A stretch of 64,000 nucleotides of DNA from the human T2T-CHM13v2.0 reference genome, Homo sapiens, in NCBI RefSeq assembly GCF_009914755.1, contig NC_060933.1. One strand, written 5' to 3'. The notes below the pieces were generated by a model. That model did no database searches, had not been told where the DNA came from, and saw only the letters and a program-made list of their open reading frames with translations. Numbering within the stretch: position 1 is the first letter of the stretch; every line of letters begins with the position of its first letter. This document shows positions 59,564 through 64,000 of the stretch, piece by piece. Both the position numbers and the translations under genes were made by a program.

Positions 59564-59756
59564 ATCACCTGCTCTCTTCACTGCTACACAGAGCAGCCTT
59601 GGTTATATGCAAGCCCCTGTGCCTGACGAGTGGCTGGTTCCTCAGTCTCAGGAGTCCTCACACTTGCCAAAGCCCACAGCTCCCTAGCTCTTCTGCCAGA
59701 CATCATAGATGCCCTAGAAGCCACTTTGCTTATTACCTGCATCATGCAAGTGCTGA

Positions 59757-60373
<617 letters not shown>

Positions 60374-62869
60374 TAGAGAGATGGCTTTCTATTATTAAGA
60401 GTTGGAAATGAGTTTAGGAGCAGTCTTGCAACCCTGCTCCCGGGGAAATCAAACATTTGGGAATAGTGTTCTGCTAATGAAGTGAGAAATGGGAGGACAT
60501 GGCTTTGGCTGCAAAGATGACCCGGGCACACTGTCAATGTCCCAGCTCCCACAGAGGCACTCGGTAGAGCCAAACTCTGAGCTTCATTTCATGAAGCCCT
60601 TTAGATGACAAGCCCTTCGGCTGCCTCCAGTGATGTGTCCACGAGGGAGGCAGCAGTATCTGCTCCAGGTGAGCAGCCTGAAGACCAGGCACGGGCCCGG
60701 GGGAGAAGCCAGGTGGCCCTCAATGCTGGGTGTGCTGTTTTCTGCCTGCCCTGAGCCCAGACCCATTTTCTGTCCTGCCACCATAAGCTGATCACCTGGA
60801 GTCCCGTGCCCTCTGGCTCCAGCCAGGTCACTGAGGGGATCAGCAGAAGACTTGGGGTAGCAGGGGAGTTCTCAGAAGGAATAACAGCTTCCTACTTACT
60901 CATGGGCACTGGGAGCCACCCAGGTTCTCCATTGGGGACAAACAATTTCTTCCCCAGGGTGGGGAGGTTGTTGGCCTCCACTGAGAGAGGCAACTGTCCC
61001 ATGACTCAGCCCTTCCTGGGGGCCCTTTGCCTCCAGCGACTAGTTCATGTGGACCTAAAGCCCCTTGACCAAGCTCAGGAACCCTCTGCAGGGCCATCCA
61101 GCTTGGTGTTCCCTGTGGGGTCAGCTAAGGCCACTGTTGTGACTGCACCTCAGCTTCCTCTCCTGCTCCCCACCCTGCCAGGAGGATGTGAGGCAGTTCC
61201 CATGCACTGCAGCCATGAGTCATTCTATTACCACCTTTTTAAATTTTTAACAAAGAAATCAAAATCCAGAGAGGCAAGAGACTAAGTTATCAACTGGCAA
61301 ATGGGAGAGGCAGGTTGAATTCCCACCTGCCCGACTGCACAGTCCATGTTATATGGTGCTTATTTGATTGTAAAGAGATTATGTGCTCTTCTTAGCTGTC
61401 AACTGGGGAATAGAGTTGTAGATATTTGAGGTAAAGTTCATTTCTAAAAGTTAGAGGAGTCAGAAAATAGTTGTAAAATCTTCCTTTCAATGGATTAGAA
61501 ATGCATGTCGTCTCTCACTAGGTGAAATGGGAGGGATAAAAAGTGAACACAGCCTCTCGGGGGGGCTGGAGAGATGGAGTCCCTAGGAAGGTGCAGGAAG
61601 GGAGGAATGAAGCCCCCGGGGGAGGTGCAGGGCACTGAGCTTTCCAGATCTTCCAAACTCAGGTCGTCCTCCAGGAAAGATGGGCGCTGACGAAACCTTC
61701 CGCCCCAAACCTTACAAAGTACATATCCACAGAAGAGCAACAACAGAAAAATAAAATGCCAGCTGCACTCACAGTGAGAAAGAGGATCAGCCCCACACCA
61801 TAAAGTTAGAGACAGCTGGTGAGAAGATCCCAGGGCTCCTCCCTGAAGGCCACGCACCTCAGGGAGGTGGACACACCCTGCCCACCAGGAACAGAGGCCA
61901 CGTAGGGAGAGACTCCAACTCCCACTGAGAGTGGAAGGCCCCTTCTCCCCAGGGGCAGAACAACCGTCAGGACCCCCGCTTGACTGTCTTTGGTGGCAAG
62001 CATGGCTGGAGTTGGCCACCCTGAGCTCATTATGTTGAGCACAGAGAAATTTACCACAGGGGAAAGAAAGCAATGCCAGAACCCTGGGCAGCCCAGGAAG
62101 AAGGCCACACTAAGCGTCTTGTGTTAAGGGTCCCTTCTCCCACAGATGAGCCATTTCTGGGCTAAAATCCATATAGTTTTGTCCTTTCCCTCCCTAAGCT
62201 GTGAAGGAAGTGGGAGCAGTAGACAAAGCTGGGCATCCACCCAGGGCTGGGCAGGTCTGGGGCAGAGGCCTGCATCTCACGCTGAGACAGCATGACTGGA
62301 CAACCTCAACCCAGTCTGGAATATGGTTGGGCTTAAGGAATCCCAGAAAGGGTCCTCAGCAGCATGACCATATTAGTTTTCTACTGCAACAGTCTTAGTG
62401 GCTTCAAATGAACAATTCTTCACAGAACTGTTGTGGGGAGAGGGCTCAATTATCCCTAGACTTCTTACCAGCAATATTTAATGCCAGGAGAAAAGATCCT
62501 CAGGATCATCAGAGAGGAAAAAATCGTGCCCAAGAATCTGACACCCAGGTAAGTCATTAATTACTCTAGTCAAAGGCAATAGACACGTATTTTCAAAATT
62601 GCCAGGATTCAAGAAATACAGAACATTTTAGGAAAACAAAAGTAAAATAAAATTGCCTAATTAATCAAGAACATAGAAATGGAAAAGCTATGATATGAAG
62701 TGAATGAGATTGGATTAATGTAAATTTAGAACACTGAGAATTATGGGAATTACGGTTACAGAAATGAAGGGGAATGTTAATGCTGAAATGAAAATTGATA
62801 CAAAATGACAAGAGCTTTCTGGCTTTCCTAGCTCTTCTTGTCTAATTAAAATGAATACATGTATATTGT

Positions 62870-63782
62870 TGTGGTAAGCAGAACACTGGCCCCCAAATAT
62901 ATCCATGCTTGTATTAGTCTGTTTTGCTTGCTATAAAGAAATACCTGAGGCTGGGTAATTTATAAAGAAAACAGGGTTATTTGGCTCATAGTTCTGCAGG
63001 CTGTACCGGAAGCATGGCACCAGCATCTGCTCAACTTCTGGTGAGGCCTCAGGAAGCTTACAATCATGGTGGAAGGCAAAGGGGAGGCGGGTGTGTCATA
63101 TGGCAAGAGAGAGAACAAGAGAGAGAGCAGGGATGTCCCAGACTCTTTCAAACAACTCCATCTCACCTGAACTAACAGAGCGAGAACTCACTTATTACTG
63201 TGGGGAGGGCACCAAGTCCCTTGAGAGGAGTCTGCCCCCATGACCCAAACACCTCCCACGAGGCCCTACCTCCAACCTTGGGAATCACATTTCAACATGG
63301 ATGTGGAGGGGACACACATCAGCACCATAGCAATGCCCTAATCCCTGGACCCTGTGAATGTTAGGTTGCGTGGCACGGGGGAGTCAAGGTGGCCGATGGA
63401 ATTCTGGTTGCTAATCAGCTGACCCTGAAGTGGGGAGAGAATCCTGGATCACCCAGGTGTGTTCAGTGTAACCACAGGGTCCTCAGCTGTGGATGAGGAG
63501 GCAGGGGTGTCTGGTGTGGTGTGGGAAGAACTCGACCTCCTGCTGCTACTTTGAGCTGGAGGTGAGGACCACGAGACAGGGTGGCCGAAGGCAGCCAGAG
63601 AGATGAGGGGAGAATTCTCCTACAGCCTCTGCAAGGAACACAGCCCTGCCAACACCGTCACATTCATCAGTGAGAACCACTTACTTCTAAACTACAGAAC
63701 TCTCAATGATACATGCATCTGTGTTGTTTGAAATCACTAAGTTTGTAGTAATTTGTTACAGCAGCAATAGAAAATGAATACA
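62870..63782 (+). mobile_element. MLT1D LTR split by an MST LTR
   Basis: TGTGGTAAGCAGAACACTGGCCCCCAAA start; TTTGTTACAGCAGCAATAGAAAATGAATACA end. Confidence 0.85.
62910..63332 (-). mobile_element. MSTA/B MaLR solo LTR
   Basis: TGTATTAGTCTG...CCATAGCA termini; TSD ATGC(T/C). Confidence 0.9.
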
Positions 63783-64000
63783 ATTGTAGAAAAATTAGAA
63801 TAGGTGCATGTACTATATTTATTACATGAAAATATGATTATATTGTGCTTACTGAACTGTAACCTGCTTTTTCAATATAACAGCACATAATAAACTTTTT
63901 CCTATGATAATTATATGGACACCCCTACAACATGATTCTCAATTGCTGCATAGAGTGCATGAACTTTAATGCATTTATCCCATCTTTCCCATTGACGAAG

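Noticed and set aside
60806-62108. 159-aa and 192-aa ORFs in unique DNA
   Set aside because: Non-ATG starts and no recognisable protein similarity

Overview
This is 64 kb of primate (human-like) non-coding genomic DNA. I see no intact protein-coding gene, functional RNA gene or CRISPR array, and I cannot identify the locus. Much of the window is interspersed repeats: about 30 Alus (J, S and Y lineages), old L1M and L1PB fragments, L2, MIR, MaLR/ERV solo LTRs and DNA transposons, often nested three or four levels deep. The most notable items are: (1) three TSD-flanked retrocopies of host RNAs, namely a full-length PPIA processed pseudogene (43201-44231), a tailless 5' fragment of an apparently intron-containing pre-tRNA-Tyr(GTA) (21758-21809) and a tailed copy of the 28S rRNA 3' terminus (49182-49269); (2) a 74-bp, 93%-identical inverted duplication carrying AATAAA plus a TG tract (13080-13153 and 14692-14765); (3) an old L1 with twin-priming-like inversion geometry (42330-49750); (4) a CpG-island-like promoter with no visible gene (about 33800-35520); and (5) candidate enhancer motif clusters, the best at 56640-56820. 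I found no evidence of a new multi-gene system. Repeat subfamily names come from recalled consensus sequences and need RepeatMasker/Dfam confirmation. Boundaries without TSDs are approximate.
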